Positions 36,758-49,249 of a DNA stretch of 56,760 bases are shown here, piece by piece; positions within the stretch are counted from its first letter, which is position 1, and the number at the start of each line of letters is the position of its first letter. The notes under the pieces are model-generated. The model was not told the origin of the DNA. It was given only the letters and a program-made list of their open reading frames with translations, and ran no database searches. Source of the DNA: Octopus bimaculoides (lineage: Eukaryota); contig NC_068993.1 of assembly GCF_001194135.2 (NCBI RefSeq), positions 60,014,344 to 60,071,103 of the forward strand. Reading direction: 5' to 3'. The translations under genes were made by a program, and so were the position numbers.

Positions 36758-37624
36758 CGTATACACACACACAAGTATGTATATATGTACGTAGTCATAG
36801 ACGCGTACACACACACACACAGAAAAACCTATATACAATACCTATAACAAGCTCAAAGAACTAATACGTTAAAACGAGAGAGAAAACAAACAAAAGCCTA
36901 ACTGAAAAAAAAGACAAAAAATTTGAAGCGAAACATCTCTTCTACTTTTTTTCCCCCCCTCCCCCGTCTTACACTTTATTACTTAAATCATGGTTTATGT
37001 TTGTTTTAGATTTTTTTACGATTATATCCTTTTATTTATTTATTTGTTCGTTCTTTCTCTCGTTCATTACTCATCTCTGTTTTTAAACACAGTCGTTGTA
37101 TTAGGAGGGTGTCCCAGGGGGTTGTTTTTGACAGGTATTTAAGCCCGAACCGAAGTGAAGACTTTTAGTGGCAACCCTTTTTAGGTGAGCGTGGTTTGTA
37201 CACACGTTGTCGAATCTGTGTATATGTATATGTGTGTGTGTGTGTGTGTTGTATGTGCATGCGTGTGTATTATGTAGGTGTTTGTGCACTTATATCTATA
37301 TATGTATGCGTGTGTATGTATGTACGTGTATGTACATTAGTGTGTATGTATGCATGTATATCTATGTGTGTTTGTGTGTGAAATGGATATAAATGAATAT
37401 GCATGTGTGTGTTTATGTATGCGTGTGTGCCATTGTATATACGTATTTATGTGTGTATAATATATGTAAATGTGTATGTGTGTGTGTGTATAATTATGCG
37501 TGCGTTACACGTGTGTGTATGCTTTCTAAATAAATTGTAGATATGCGATGTTTGTGTGTGTGTGTGTGTGTTTGTTTCAATGAGGGTGCGTGTGGATGTG
37601 TGTAGATGTGTATGTGAATGTGTG

Positions 37625-37687
<63 letters not shown>

Positions 37688-38518
37688 CTGAGCGTGTTTC
37701 TTCCCGTGTGCGTTTGAGCGCTGTATTTGAATGTGCAAATGTGTGTGTGTATATATACTCATGTGATGCATACGTAATCATGTGCACGCTCATNNNNNNN
37801 NNNNNNNNNNNNNNNNNNNNNNNNNNNNNNNNNNNNNNNNNNNNNNNNNNNNNNNNNNNNNNNNNNNNNNNNNNNNNNNNNNNNNNNNNNNNNNNNNNNN
37901 NNNNNNNNNNNNNNNNNNNNNNNNNNNNNNNNNNNNNNNNNNNNNNNNNNNNNNNNNNNNNNNNNNNNNNNNNNNNNNNNNNNNNNNNNNNNNNNNNNNN
38001 NNNNNNNNNNNNNNNNNNNNNNNNNNNNNNNNNNNNNNNNNNNNNNNNNNNNNNNNNNNNNNNNNNNNNNNNNNNNNNNNNNNNNNNNNNNNNNNNNNNN
38101 NNNNNNNNNNNNNNNNNNNNNNNNNNNNNNNNNNNNNNNNNNNNNNNNNNNNNNNNNNNNNNNNNNNNNNNNNNNNNNNNNNNNNNNNNNNNNNNNNNNN
38201 NNNNNNNNNNNNNNNNNNNNNNNNNNNNNNNNNNNNNNNNNNNNNNNNNNNNNNNNNNNNNNNNNNNNNNNNNNNNNNNNNNNNNNNNNNNNNNNNNNNN
38301 NNNNNNNNNNNNNNNNNNNNNNNNNNNNNNNNNNNNNNNNNNNNNNNNNNNNNNNNNNNNNNNNNNNNNNNNNNAATGGAATTGGGCGAACTAGAAGGAT
38401 TCTTCACTGCAACATTCGAATTGGGATTCTCGCTGTGGTCGTCACTGTTGTTTGATTGCTCTTTCTAGCCTGTAAGCGTCTTGTTAAGGGTCTCCTCTTA
38501 TATATATATATATATATA

Positions 38519-38586
<68 letters not shown>

Positions 38587-39275
38587 TGCGTATATATGTA
38601 TACATATGTGTATCTGTATGTGTGTACATACACACGAAATTATAGTTCTGGTAAAGGCAACATGCTATTTATTCCGTACTTCGATATTCCTTACTAGAAA
38701 TTTATTGAAAATCTGAAACAGTTCCGAAGGAAGAACTCTGGAAAAGTGGGATATTCATTAACTTAACTTGAAATCAAGAACATCCCTCAGTTGATTTAGT
38801 GTTACAATGGTTTTTGTATTTTATAGAACTTGTCAGAGAATTTCACGAAATGTTTGAGAAGTTTAGTTACAGCGAAGACCGAAGCATTCAGCTTTTCAAG
38901 ATTTGGACCTTTGGGAAAATGGTGTTACTTTGGTAGCGGGCAAAGGAGAAAGCAATGATGTAACTTTGCTCGATAAGCAGACCGCATGAGACATGGATCG
39001 TCATCAAGCGGGCCGCACTACTCAAGACATTCAAGATAATCTTTCGTTTAGGTGTACCATTCCGAAAGTCCAACGGGCCGCAGTTTGTCCATAACTGTGC
39101 ATTAGATGTTACACCTGAAGCTGCTTTTGAATTTTACAAACTTTTGTTAAGAAAAAAACCTCACAACGAAATGTCTTGGCTGAAGACCATCGCTACTTTC
39201 CTGCGATACTAGGATTTTTTTTGTCATTACCCACTGCCATAACAATGAAAACAACTACCATTACAGTAGCTACTA

Positions 39276-39310
<35 letters not shown>

Positions 39311-39351
39311 GAATCGCCACAAAACAATACAATATAAAACATATTCTACCT

Positions 39352-39635
39352 CAGTGATTCTCAACCATTTTTTGCTTATTCCTATTTGGTTCCTATTTTT
39401 CTCAACAGGACCGCCATAGTCCTTCAGTGTTTGAAAATATCTTTCTAACTGTATTTTTACGATTAAGTTTTATTTGGAATTGTTGAAAAATTGCTCAAAT
39501 ATTTTGAGTATTGTAGAAGTATACCAATGTAGAAGTATACCAATGTAGAAGTATACCAATGTAGAAGTATACCAATTTAACAAAAAATTTATATGGACAC
39601 CCGAGAGTCATATGGACTGCTGTTGAAAACCACTG
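39352..39635. mobile_element. hAT (Charlie-like) non-autonomous element, 284 bp
   Basis: TIRs CAGTGATTCTCAACC and (rc) CAGTGGTTTTCAACA match at 12/15. No 8-bp TSD is preserved. Confidence 0.6.
39512..39575. repeat. 16-bp minisatellite, 4 perfect copies of TGTAGAAGTATACCAA
   Basis: Exact tandem copies start at 39512, 39528, 39544 and 39560. Confidence 0.95.
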
Positions 39636-40196
39636 ATCAATACAATCACCAACCAATAAACAGCACAACACAAACCCGCAACAACGTCCGACTCTGTAAC
39701 ACCAACGATTAGTCTCGTCACACCATAAACTGTTGTCACCCATTGTTACAACACAAAACACACATTCCGAAAGCAGCGCAAAGAGCCTGACAATAAATAC
39801 ATCCTGAGACATAACTGTTGAAATTTCTGGGACAGTAAGAGTAGCATAGAAGGAACAAGTCTTGATTAAAATATGCCCCGAACTCTGTTGGACTATGTCA
39901 ATGTGTTCAGTGGTCTCGGCCTACATGTTCTTTTGTATGCAAAAAAAAAAAAAAAAAAAATGAGCTGGGCTACATCAAAGAAATAGCTGCGACTGACTAC
40001 GACATGAAGGGCCCTGGAAAGATCCTTGTTAGGAATATCGTTCCAAGAGCTTATTTGAAACACGGCATCTAGAGAACGGGTTGAAGCGAGGTAGGTGACC
40101 GTGAAATACTGAATGCACAAATCCAGCTTAGCGAAGCGTTGCGCATGGTTCGCAGACAACATGTGAAGTTGGAAAGGATCACTTTGAAGACCGCCA

Positions 40197-40233
40197 AGAT
40201 TTTGGTAGACGGAAACTGAAAGAAGCCCATCGC

Positions 40234-40282
<49 letters not shown>

Positions 40283-40472
40283 GTCTAGTCCCCCTCCACC
40301 GTTTGACAACCGGTAGTTTGTTTACGTCTCTGAAACTTGGAGGTTCATCAGAAAAGAACGATGGAATAAGTAACAACCTTAAAAAAATAAATACTGGAGT
40401 TGATTTTTTCGACTAAACCCTTTAAGGCGATGCCCCAGCGTGGCCGCAGTCTAATGACAGAAACAAGTAAAA
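40197..40472 (+). mobile_element. SINE family F1, 5'-truncated, with internal (TA)n(TG)n
   Basis: GATTTTGGTAGACGGAAACTGAAAGAAGCCC-(TA)(TG)-...TTGACAACC...GGCCGCAGTCTAATGACAGAAACAAGTAAAA. Confidence 0.8.
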
Positions 40473-41233
40473 CATTATTTATAATCACCACATATATATA
40501 TATATATATATATANNNNNNNNNNNNNNNNNNNNNNNNNNNNNNNNNNNNNNNNNNNNNNNNNNNNNNNNNNNNNNNNNNNNNNNNNNNNNNNNNNNNNN
40601 NNNNNNNNNNNNNNNNNNNNNNNNNNNNNNNNNNNNNNNNNNNNNNNNNNNNNNNNNNNNNNNNNNNNNNNNNNNNNNNNNNNNNNNNNNNNNNNNNNNN
40701 NNNNNNNNNNNNNNNNNNNNNNNNNNNNNNNNNNNNNNNNNNNNNNNNNNNNNNNNNNNNNNNNNNNNNNNNNNNNNNNNNNNNNNNNNNNNNNNNNNNN
40801 NNNNNNNNNNNNNNNNNNNNNNNNNNNNNNNNNNNNNNNNNNNNNNNNNNNNNNNNNNNNNNNNNNNNNNNNNNNNNNNNNNNNNNNNNNNNNNNNNNNN
40901 NNNNNNNNNNNNNNNNNNNNNNNNNNNNNNNNNNNNNNNNNNNNNNNNNNNNNNNNNNNNNNNNNNNNNNNNNNNNNNNNNNNNNNNNNNNNNNNNNNNN
41001 NNNNNNNNNNNNNNNNNNNNNNNNNNNNNNNNNNNNNNNNNNNNNNNNNNNNNNNNNNNNNNNNNNNNNNNNNNNNNNNNNNNNNNNNNNNNNNNNNNNN
41101 NNNNNNNNNNNNNNNNNNNNNNNNNNNNNNNNNNNNNNNNNNNNNNNNNNNNNNNNNNNNNNNNNNNNNNNNNNNNNNNNNNNNNNNNNNNNNNNNNNNN
41201 NNNNNNNNNNNNNNNNNNNNNNNNNNNNNNNNN

Positions 41234-41296
<63 letters not shown>

Positions 41297-42272
41297 TAGA
41301 AAAAATATGGTACTCAGATATCTGGATGGTTGTACATTTACAGATTTTTTTTAAGAGAATGAGAATAGAAGTGAGACATATAAGGATATTATATTTGCAG
41401 TTCCATCATTCAAGTAGAATGGTGTATACAAGTGGTGAAAGCGTGTACCCGATATCTTTTGGATCTTCTTGACACCAATATCTCTCATACCCTATACATA
41501 TGTATATATAAGGATAAGCATATTAAAAATGGTGTGTGGTAAAACTCATCCAAGTAAAAGGAATTGGAACCACGGCTGGGAACCATTGTGAAAAGAAACA
41601 CATTCCTCTAATAGCCATACACACATAAGAACACATTTACATATGTGCGTGTACTTTGTATGATTGTATGTATGTATGTATATATGTATGTGTGTATGCA
41701 TGTATGATTGCATCTGTGTATATAAGTATAATTGTACGTGTATATGTATACACATACATACACGCATTGGTCTACATAATCACACTCGAAAACAAAAGTT
41801 CTATCTGGTAAACAATTATACACAGCCCCAGTGGAGTGGTGACGATAACAATATTTGCATATACATACACACATATATACATATATTAACAGGAAAACTG
41901 GTGTAATTCGTTGATGTATTGCCAGTTGTACCTGTCATACTCTTATGAAAATTGATAAATACCATTTAGCATCTCCACTTTGAACTTGTTAGTTCGCTCT
42001 CAAGTCATTAAGATTCATCTTTGGCGAAAAAAAAGTCTGCAATTTTATTTTAACATCTTTTTTCTTCTGCATTTACCGTTTTCTGAATTACCACTTTGCG
42101 CACACAAACACGCACAAACACACCCCCACGTACATATACAAGCACACGCCTTTATTTTGTTATATGGGTTCAGTTGTACACTTCTGTAACATCTTGGTAT
42201 GACCTTATTATTGTAGGCTTGAAAAGGCGCTGGCAGCACTAATAAAGCATTATTATTATTATTATTATTATT

Positions 42273-42446
42273 CAGTAGTTTTATTTTTATAACGTGCTTT
42301 CACTTCACTACCGAGCGCAGCTCTGTGTGCCATGGGTATGTGTTGGGGTTTGCTGTGATGCTCTTATGGTTACTGTATTGAAAGTGTTTTGCGTAGGATG
42401 TGTGCAGTGCCCAGTAGTGCAATTTTCTGTATGTTATATATATTTG

Positions 42447-42447
<1 letters not shown>
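42273..42447 (-). mobile_element. R4/Dong-like non-LTR retrotransposon, 5'-truncated copy 1 (ORF end + 3' UTR + (AAT)n)
   Basis: The minus strand encodes NIYNIQKIALLGTAHILRKTLSIQ*, then about 100 nt of UTR and (AAT)n. (ATT)n arrays flank both sides. Confidence 0.8.
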
Positions 42448-42499
<52 letters not shown>

Positions 42500-42501
42500 C
42501 A

Positions 42502-42550
<49 letters not shown>

Positions 42551-42566
42551 CATTATTATTATTATA

Positions 42567-42601
<35 letters not shown>

Positions 42602-42729
42602 NNNNNNNNNNNNNNNNNNNNNNNNNNNNNNNNNNNNNNNNNNNNNNNNNNNNNNNNNNNNNNNNNNNNNNNNNNNNNNNNNNNNNNNNNNNNNNNNNNN
42701 NNNNNNNNNNNNNNNNNNNNNNNNNNNNN

Positions 42730-42923
42730 GCGTAGGATGTGTGCAGTACCCAGTAGTGCAATTTTCTGTATGTTATATATATTTGTAAGTCCTGCTATTT
42801 TTGTTATGTATTTGTCTGAATATTTTTTTATTATACCTAAGGCACCTACTATGATAGGAATTGTTTCTGTTTTTAGATTCCACATTCGAGTTATCTCTAT
42901 TTCCAGGTCTTTGTATTTTGAAA
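42730..42923 (-). mobile_element. R4/Dong-like non-LTR retrotransposon, 5'-truncated copy 2 (end of the restriction-like endonuclease region)
   Basis: SKYKDLEIEITRMWNLKTETIPIIVGALGIIKK...IQKIALLGTAHILR is typical of the C-terminus of RLE-type R4 elements. 56/57 identical to copy 1 in their overlap. Confidence 0.85.
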
Positions 42924-42990
<67 letters not shown>

Positions 42991-42992
<2 letters not shown>

Positions 42993-43195
42993 GGCAGTGA
43001 GCTGGCAGAATTGTTAGCATGCCGGGCAAAATGCTAAGCGGTATTTCGTCCGTCTTCACGCCCCCTGAGTTCAAATTTCGCCCAGGTCGCGAGTTCGATA
43101 AAATAAGTACCAGTTCACCAGTGGGATCGATGTAATCGCCTTAATCTCTCACCGAAATTGCTGGTCTTGTGCCAAAATTTGAAACCATTATTATT
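42991..43195 (+). mobile_element. SINE family F2 with internal deletion and (ATT)n tail
   Basis: AAGGCAGTGAGCTGGCAGAATTGTTAGCATGCCGGGC...GAGTTCAAATTTC...GATAAAATAAGTACCAG...CTTGTGCCAAAATTTGAAACC. Confidence 0.85.
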
Positions 43196-43216
43196 GTTGC
43201 TGTTGTTATATACATA

Positions 43217-43442
43217 AAGGTGGCGAGCTAGCAGAATCGTTAGATAAAATGCTTCGCGGGATTTCGTCCGTTATTACGTTCTGAGTTCAAATTCCAGCGA
43301 GGTTGACTTTGCCTTTCATCTTTTTAGGGTCAGTAAATTCAGTATCAGTTGAGTACTGGGGTCGATGTAATCAACTAATTCCTCCCGCCAAATTTCAGGC
43401 CTTGTGCCTTTAGTAGAAAGGATTATTATTATCATTATTATT
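43217..43442 (+). mobile_element. SINE family F2, second tandem copy
   Basis: AAGGTGGCGAGCTAGCAGAATCGTTAG...GAGTTCAAATTCC...GACTTTGCCTTTCATC...CTTGTGCCTTTAGTAGAAAGG(ATT)n. Confidence 0.85.
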
Positions 43443-43700
43443 CCCTTCGTCCATTAAACGTCAGGTCGTCTCAGTTATGGTGTAGTTTTAAACAGATATT
43501 TCTTATGTTCACAAAAACATCATTAGCAACAACGCCAATCGCCACCACCACCAGCATGTCCATTACATCATCAATAGCAGCAAGAGTATCTCGGAAAACC
43601 GGAAGAATCTATTTTGTCTGGACAAGTTTTAGGGAAAAACGTAAACAAAAAATTGGGCGGATTCGTGGCTTACTGACAAAAGTCACTCTTTCTCTTACTT

Positions 43701-43755
<55 letters not shown>

Positions 43756-44092
43756 CTCTCTTTCCCCTCTCTCTATGTCTCTCTCTCACCAACATTCTTT
43801 TAACAGTAATATCAATACATCACAACGGCTCAAGTGTTGTGAATTTTACTAAATAATATGAAGCATTTAGTTCGGCGTCTAAGCCCTCCATCACTAATGT
43901 AATTATATAATTCATAGCATAGAACTGTAACGCGTCTAATCACGGTACCTAACTATCTGTGGGCCGTATGTCCAACCAGGGTTCGAACTGCTTGAAAAGG
44001 ACATTATCCATACTCACATAAAAGAACTTGTGTTCTCTCCTAATACAAAACTCAAACTCAGGATGTAATGGGTAATGCATACGTATGTCTTC

Positions 44093-44181
<89 letters not shown>

Positions 44182-44832
44182 CATTCATTTGCGCAATCAT
44201 TATCTACCTACGAATCTATCTATCTATCTACCTATCTATCTATCTATCTAACTATCTATCTATCTATCTATCTTACTTGCACTTTATCATTCACATTCAC
44301 TTAACCACCCAGAACAGCTTTATAACGATAACAAAATAATGACAACTTTCACACACATACACTTATGCATACACAAACACACGCATGCACTCGCACCCGC
44401 ATACATAGATACATACATACATAAATACATACATAAATGCGTACATAAATACGTACATACACACACACCGTCTTGCATTTATACAGATACTTACGCATTT
44501 TAAAAGCCATTAGAGAAACCAAAAAAATATGTCAAGTTGGGGATTTGGCATTGGATTGCGATTATTTTTGTCTGAACTAAGCCTCTTTCCTTCGGAGTGT
44601 ATGAGTGAATGTCTGCTCATGTGTGTATATGTCTACGTGTGTATATGTGTATGCTTGTATGTGTGTAAGTCGGTGGAGGGCCAAACTTGTTGAAAGCTGT
44701 GTATAATCTATATATCAACATTCGAAGAAATGCTAACAACAGTGACCTCAGAGAACCATTTATGAATATTACTTCTTTGCTTACTGTGGAACCTCCACCA
44801 GCACGACCTTTTAAAACCATCTTTATGATATA

Positions 44833-45048
44833 GATTTCCAATTTTGGCACAAGACTAGTAATTTCGGAGGATGGGCTAATAAAAAAGATATTGCCTCCAC
44901 CTTCCAGTACTCAACTGGTTCTTATTTTAGTGTCTGAAGAAGGATGAAAGGCAACCCCGGTGGCATTTGAGCTCAAAATGTAATGTCGGAAGAAATGCGG
45001 CTAAATATTTTTTCCGGCATGGTAACGATTCTGCCAGTTCAGTGCCTT
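44833..45048 (-). mobile_element. SINE family F2
   Basis: Reverse complement of the 42991-type copy (TTTCCAATTTTGGCACAAG...GGATGAAAGGC...ACGATTCTGCCAGTTCAGTGCCTT). Confidence 0.75.
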
Positions 45049-45304
45049 AAAACCTTTATACTATAACGTATTACCATAAATAAACCTGGTTTTATCAGCG
45101 TGTTGCTAGGTGTTTGTTTTTGTATGAGTAAATTGATCGCAGCATTTGGTTGACTTCAATTTGGTCGATCCTTGGAAGATGATAAATAAATCTTATGGTG
45201 GAATTTGAACTCAGAACTTAACAGACGTCACTAAATATCACAAGGCCTTTGCCTTCTTTTACAGTGAGTTTTATTTATCAATAATCTAGGCCAAGTAAAA
45301 TGAA

Positions 45305-45580
45305 TCCCCTTCGGTTATGAATGGCTATAGGATTTGCACCTAGAAAGTTCCTCTTTGAGGCACACCTCCTGGCAAAGTTGCTAATGGAAGACCAGCAGTC
45401 GCTCATGCATACCAGTCTCTCCTCTCCATGTCACTGATGTTATCCAAGGGCAAAGCAAAGGCCGATACAGCTTGGCGCCAAAATAAAGTTTCTTGCTCAA
45501 GAACTCAACACGTAACCCAGTCCGGAAATCGAACTGACTACCTCATGCTTGTGAGCCCGATGCTCTAACCACCGAGCCAT
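45305..45580 (-). mobile_element. tRNA-derived SINE, group F3-related (head + partial CORE-like module + tail Z)
   Basis: The minus strand has A-box TGGCTCGGTGG and B-box AGTTCGATTTCC, then GAGTTCTTGAGCAAGAAACTTTATTT as in the 32605 and 49250 copies, followed by a different tail. Confidence 0.7.
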
Positions 45581-46889
45581 CAACAACCTAACCATCTCAA
45601 AATATAAATGTAAGTAATACCAGAAAATGAACAACTTCAAGGAGATTTAGGTGTTCATGAATTTTTGCTGGTTTCTTTTTTTTTTTACAGATTAAAAAAA
45701 AACGTTTGATTTTAATTTCCAATATAGTTATTTATTTTCTCACGAATTAATGATTATATTTGAGCTTTGTACTGATATATAAGTTAAGTAAAGAAAAAAA
45801 ATGGGAAACTTAAATGATTCGTCCATTTTTTACTCCAATTTGACGTTGATTTTAGTGGCTATGTAAAGCTATTCACGAGTTTGTAAGCAGTTATCATGTT
45901 GACGGAAATTTCATTCACAAAAATCCCCGTTCAACCCCCTTAACAAAGAGAGACGAAGATGGAGGCAATAGATCGTTAGTATTCTCCATAACTTAGAGCT
46001 AGACGATATTCGACTAACGGCAGACGATCACCGACGCCATATTTGTTAGTTTACAGCAAGAACACCCGTCGGCTGGTTGCTATGAATATATTTATGATCG
46101 AAGCCCCTCTCTCGTTGGCAACAATCAGCTTTTATTTATTCCGTTATTTATTTGCTTAGTTCCACAGACATCTATTGGTTGATTCAGCAACGATGGAATA
46201 AGTCTCAAACAGAGTATATAATATTTGGTAAAATACAATAATTTATTTGGCATTTAATGAAACCCCACAATATTCTAATAAAATAATGTCTATTTATGCT
46301 AATACTGTATTATATAATGGTTTTGTAATGGTGGGGGTTCCATAGCAAGTAAAGGAGTTATAATCATCAAACGTTCTCTAAAGTCATCGTTATTAGCATT
46401 CTATATAAGTTGAAGATAAATGTGATATGCATAACTTTCGACAAATCTGGTACTCCCACACACACCAACACACACACAAACACACACACAAACACACACA
46501 CAAACACAAATACACACACATATATACTGCAAAGAAAAGAGGTTTAGTACAGAGAAAATCTAGTATCCAGATCCAATTGCTGCGCTTGATATGTATTTGT
46601 CTCTTTAATGACTTCGGAAAGGCAGAAGTATTCGCGTAAATGTATGTATAGGCATATATGCATGAGTATAGGCCTGTATGTATGTATTTATGTATGTATG
46701 TATGTACGTATGTGTGTATGCATGTTTGTTTGCGTGTCTGCACGAGTAAATGTGTGTATGTGCACATGCATACGTTTGTGTATTTTGTCATAGCTTTTTT
46801 CTAAAAAGGTAATTTTACTTCGCTTAAAAGGCGAATACGAAAGACAGAAAGCTAATAGACAGGCAGAGAGACAGACATACAGACGGAGG

Positions 46890-46937
<48 letters not shown>

Positions 46938-46956
46938 CATACATACATACATACAT

Positions 46957-47688
46957 GGGCTGAACATGAGAGGAACGCGACACTCGCGGTGCCATTCGCC
47001 CAGCCTCGGTCTCTGTTTGATCCACTACTGCAGTTCGGCCAAGGAGACGCGCTGTAGGAAAGCGCGCCGCACAAACGGTGACCACACCTGTTCACCATCG
47101 TCTATGAAGCGCTAGAGATGTAGCAGTCTCAGCACATGTCTTAGCATCATCAACCACGGCATGCCCAGCCCTCCATTTAGCGGGTGTTGACAGCAAATGG
47201 GTCGCCTAACCATCGGAACGCTTCCTTTCCACAAGAAGCGGAAGAGCATGCGTTCCAGTTTGGTGATGGTTGGGTCTGGACTAAGCACGACGGTCAGACG
47301 GTACTCGATGACGGATGCGATATACGCGTTCGCCACCTTCGCTCGACTTTTTAGGGATAGCTTCCTCTCGACCCATTGCTGGGTGAGAGCGGCCACCCTA
47401 GTCGTTATTTCACCCAAGTTCTTCTCCATTTGGAGGTCCGGACCGAACCAAACTCCGAGCAAATTAACCGGTCCGTGGGGCCAGCGTCCCACGATGGAGA
47501 CTCTGTTGGACGGCATGGGCTTGCTTCTTCAGGTGCCGAGCCACAAGCTCACTGACTTTTCCCAGTTAATTTTTGCTCCCGTTACCGCTTCGTATTCTTT
47601 TAGTGTCTCGCCGACCAGGTTGATGTGCTTGTGGCTCGACACTATGACGGTGACGTCGTCCGCGTATGCAGACACGGTCGTATGCCTA
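46957..47688 (-). pseudogene. Tx1/L1-clade LINE ORF2 fragment (RT C-terminal half and thumb)
   Basis: One continuous frame: [11 protein letters not shown] (YADD at 47655-47666), GAKINWEKS, LLGVWFG, KLSLKSRAKVAN, FRFLWKG, PLNGGLGMP. Three in-frame stops (47529, 47112, 47025) and no frameshift. GATA/TACA arrays flank both sides. Confidence 0.92.
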
Positions 47689-47769
47689 GAAAGATAGACA
47701 GCCAGACAGAGAGACAGACGGACGGATAAATAGAGAGACAGACAGATAGATGCATAGACAGATAGATGC

Positions 47770-47812
<43 letters not shown>

Positions 47813-47841
47813 CATACATACATACATACATACATACATAC

Positions 47842-47919
<78 letters not shown>

Positions 47920-48319
47920 GCTAAAATGAAAACAAAAGCAATCTAGCAACGGAAATACCAATGTACAAATCTTATAAAAATATTCCACCACAAAACATTA
48001 TTAAATTCTTCCTTTAAGGTGCCATTGTGTTGTTTTATGACGCTATGTTTGGCATTCTTCTCAGATATATGTATTTTTTCGTTGTTGTTGTTGTTGTTGC
48101 TGCTGCTGTCGTTGTGAATTATTTGTCTTTTTATGGTTTTGTAGCTTTTGGTTTCTTTTTTTCTCTTTCCCGTGATGCAACACTTCCAAAAGAGAGATAT
48201 TCTGATTTATCTCGCGACTAATCAAATCTTTAATATCGAATTATCCATTTATTTCGCATTCTCTGACGATGATAACATCTACCCAAACTTAACGCCGACA
48301 CCGCCACCCCCACCTCCCA

Positions 48320-49080
48320 CACACTGTTAACACCATCGTCATCATCATCATCATCAGCAACAACAACAACAACAACAACATTATCAAAAAACCAACCACA
48401 CCACGATGATCTACGACACCAGAACCAACGCCGCCACCATCATCATCATCGCCACTATCACCACCACCGACACCACCACCACAAGCCCCAACACTATAAC
48501 AAACAACACCACCAAAACCACCATCGTTACCAACACCACAACACCATCATCAACAACCTGCATTAGCAACACCATAACCCCCACAATTACTAGTACTACT
48601 ACCACCACTATTACAACCACCACCACTACCATCACTACCACCACTACCAGTTTCTCGAGTCGTTATTTCATGAGGAGTACAGCTACGACCACCACAACCT
48701 CCCCAACTGCTTCCATCAGAAACCAGAAACGTACCACGGAAGCCACCCCAACCCACCACTCACCGCCAACACCAAAAGTAGCACCCCACCACCATCACCA
48801 TAAATTTCAACACCATCACTACCATTAGCACTACCACCACCACTACCATCGCCTTCACCGACATCACCAGCGCCAACACTGATACCACCACCACTTGTAA
48901 CAATACTAACTACCATCACCACCACTACCACCACTACAACCACTCCCACAACCACAACCATCACAGCCACTACCACCATCAACACAACCACCACCAACAC
49001 TGCAACCATCACCACCACCACAACCATCACCACCACCACTACCATCACCACTACCGCTACTACCACTACCAAAATAGTCA
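48320..49080. repeat. degenerate (ACC/ACT/ATC/AAC)n trinucleotide field
   Basis: C/A-rich triplet periodicity. Similar fields lie at 50420-51200 and 23430-23520. Confidence 0.85.
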
Positions 49081-49249
49081 TTTACTGATCATACAATTTA
49101 TAGAGAATTTATCGAAACTAGTGAAGATTTGAAGCAGCTGTCACAGTTGTGGATGGATGGATGGATGGATGGATGGGTGTATTGAAGACCATCCCTGATG
49201 TATAATTAACTCTATAAAATTCAGACAATATATATATATAAATAATAAA

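Noticed and set aside
934-41299. Long ORFs made of YI/HT/CV/X runs in the ORF track
   Set aside because: These are translations of microsatellites and N-gaps, with no coding signal.
48406-48828. 140-aa Thr-rich mucin-like ORF
   Set aside because: It lies inside a degenerate ACC/ACT repeat field, where open frames are expected; no signal peptide or splice evidence.
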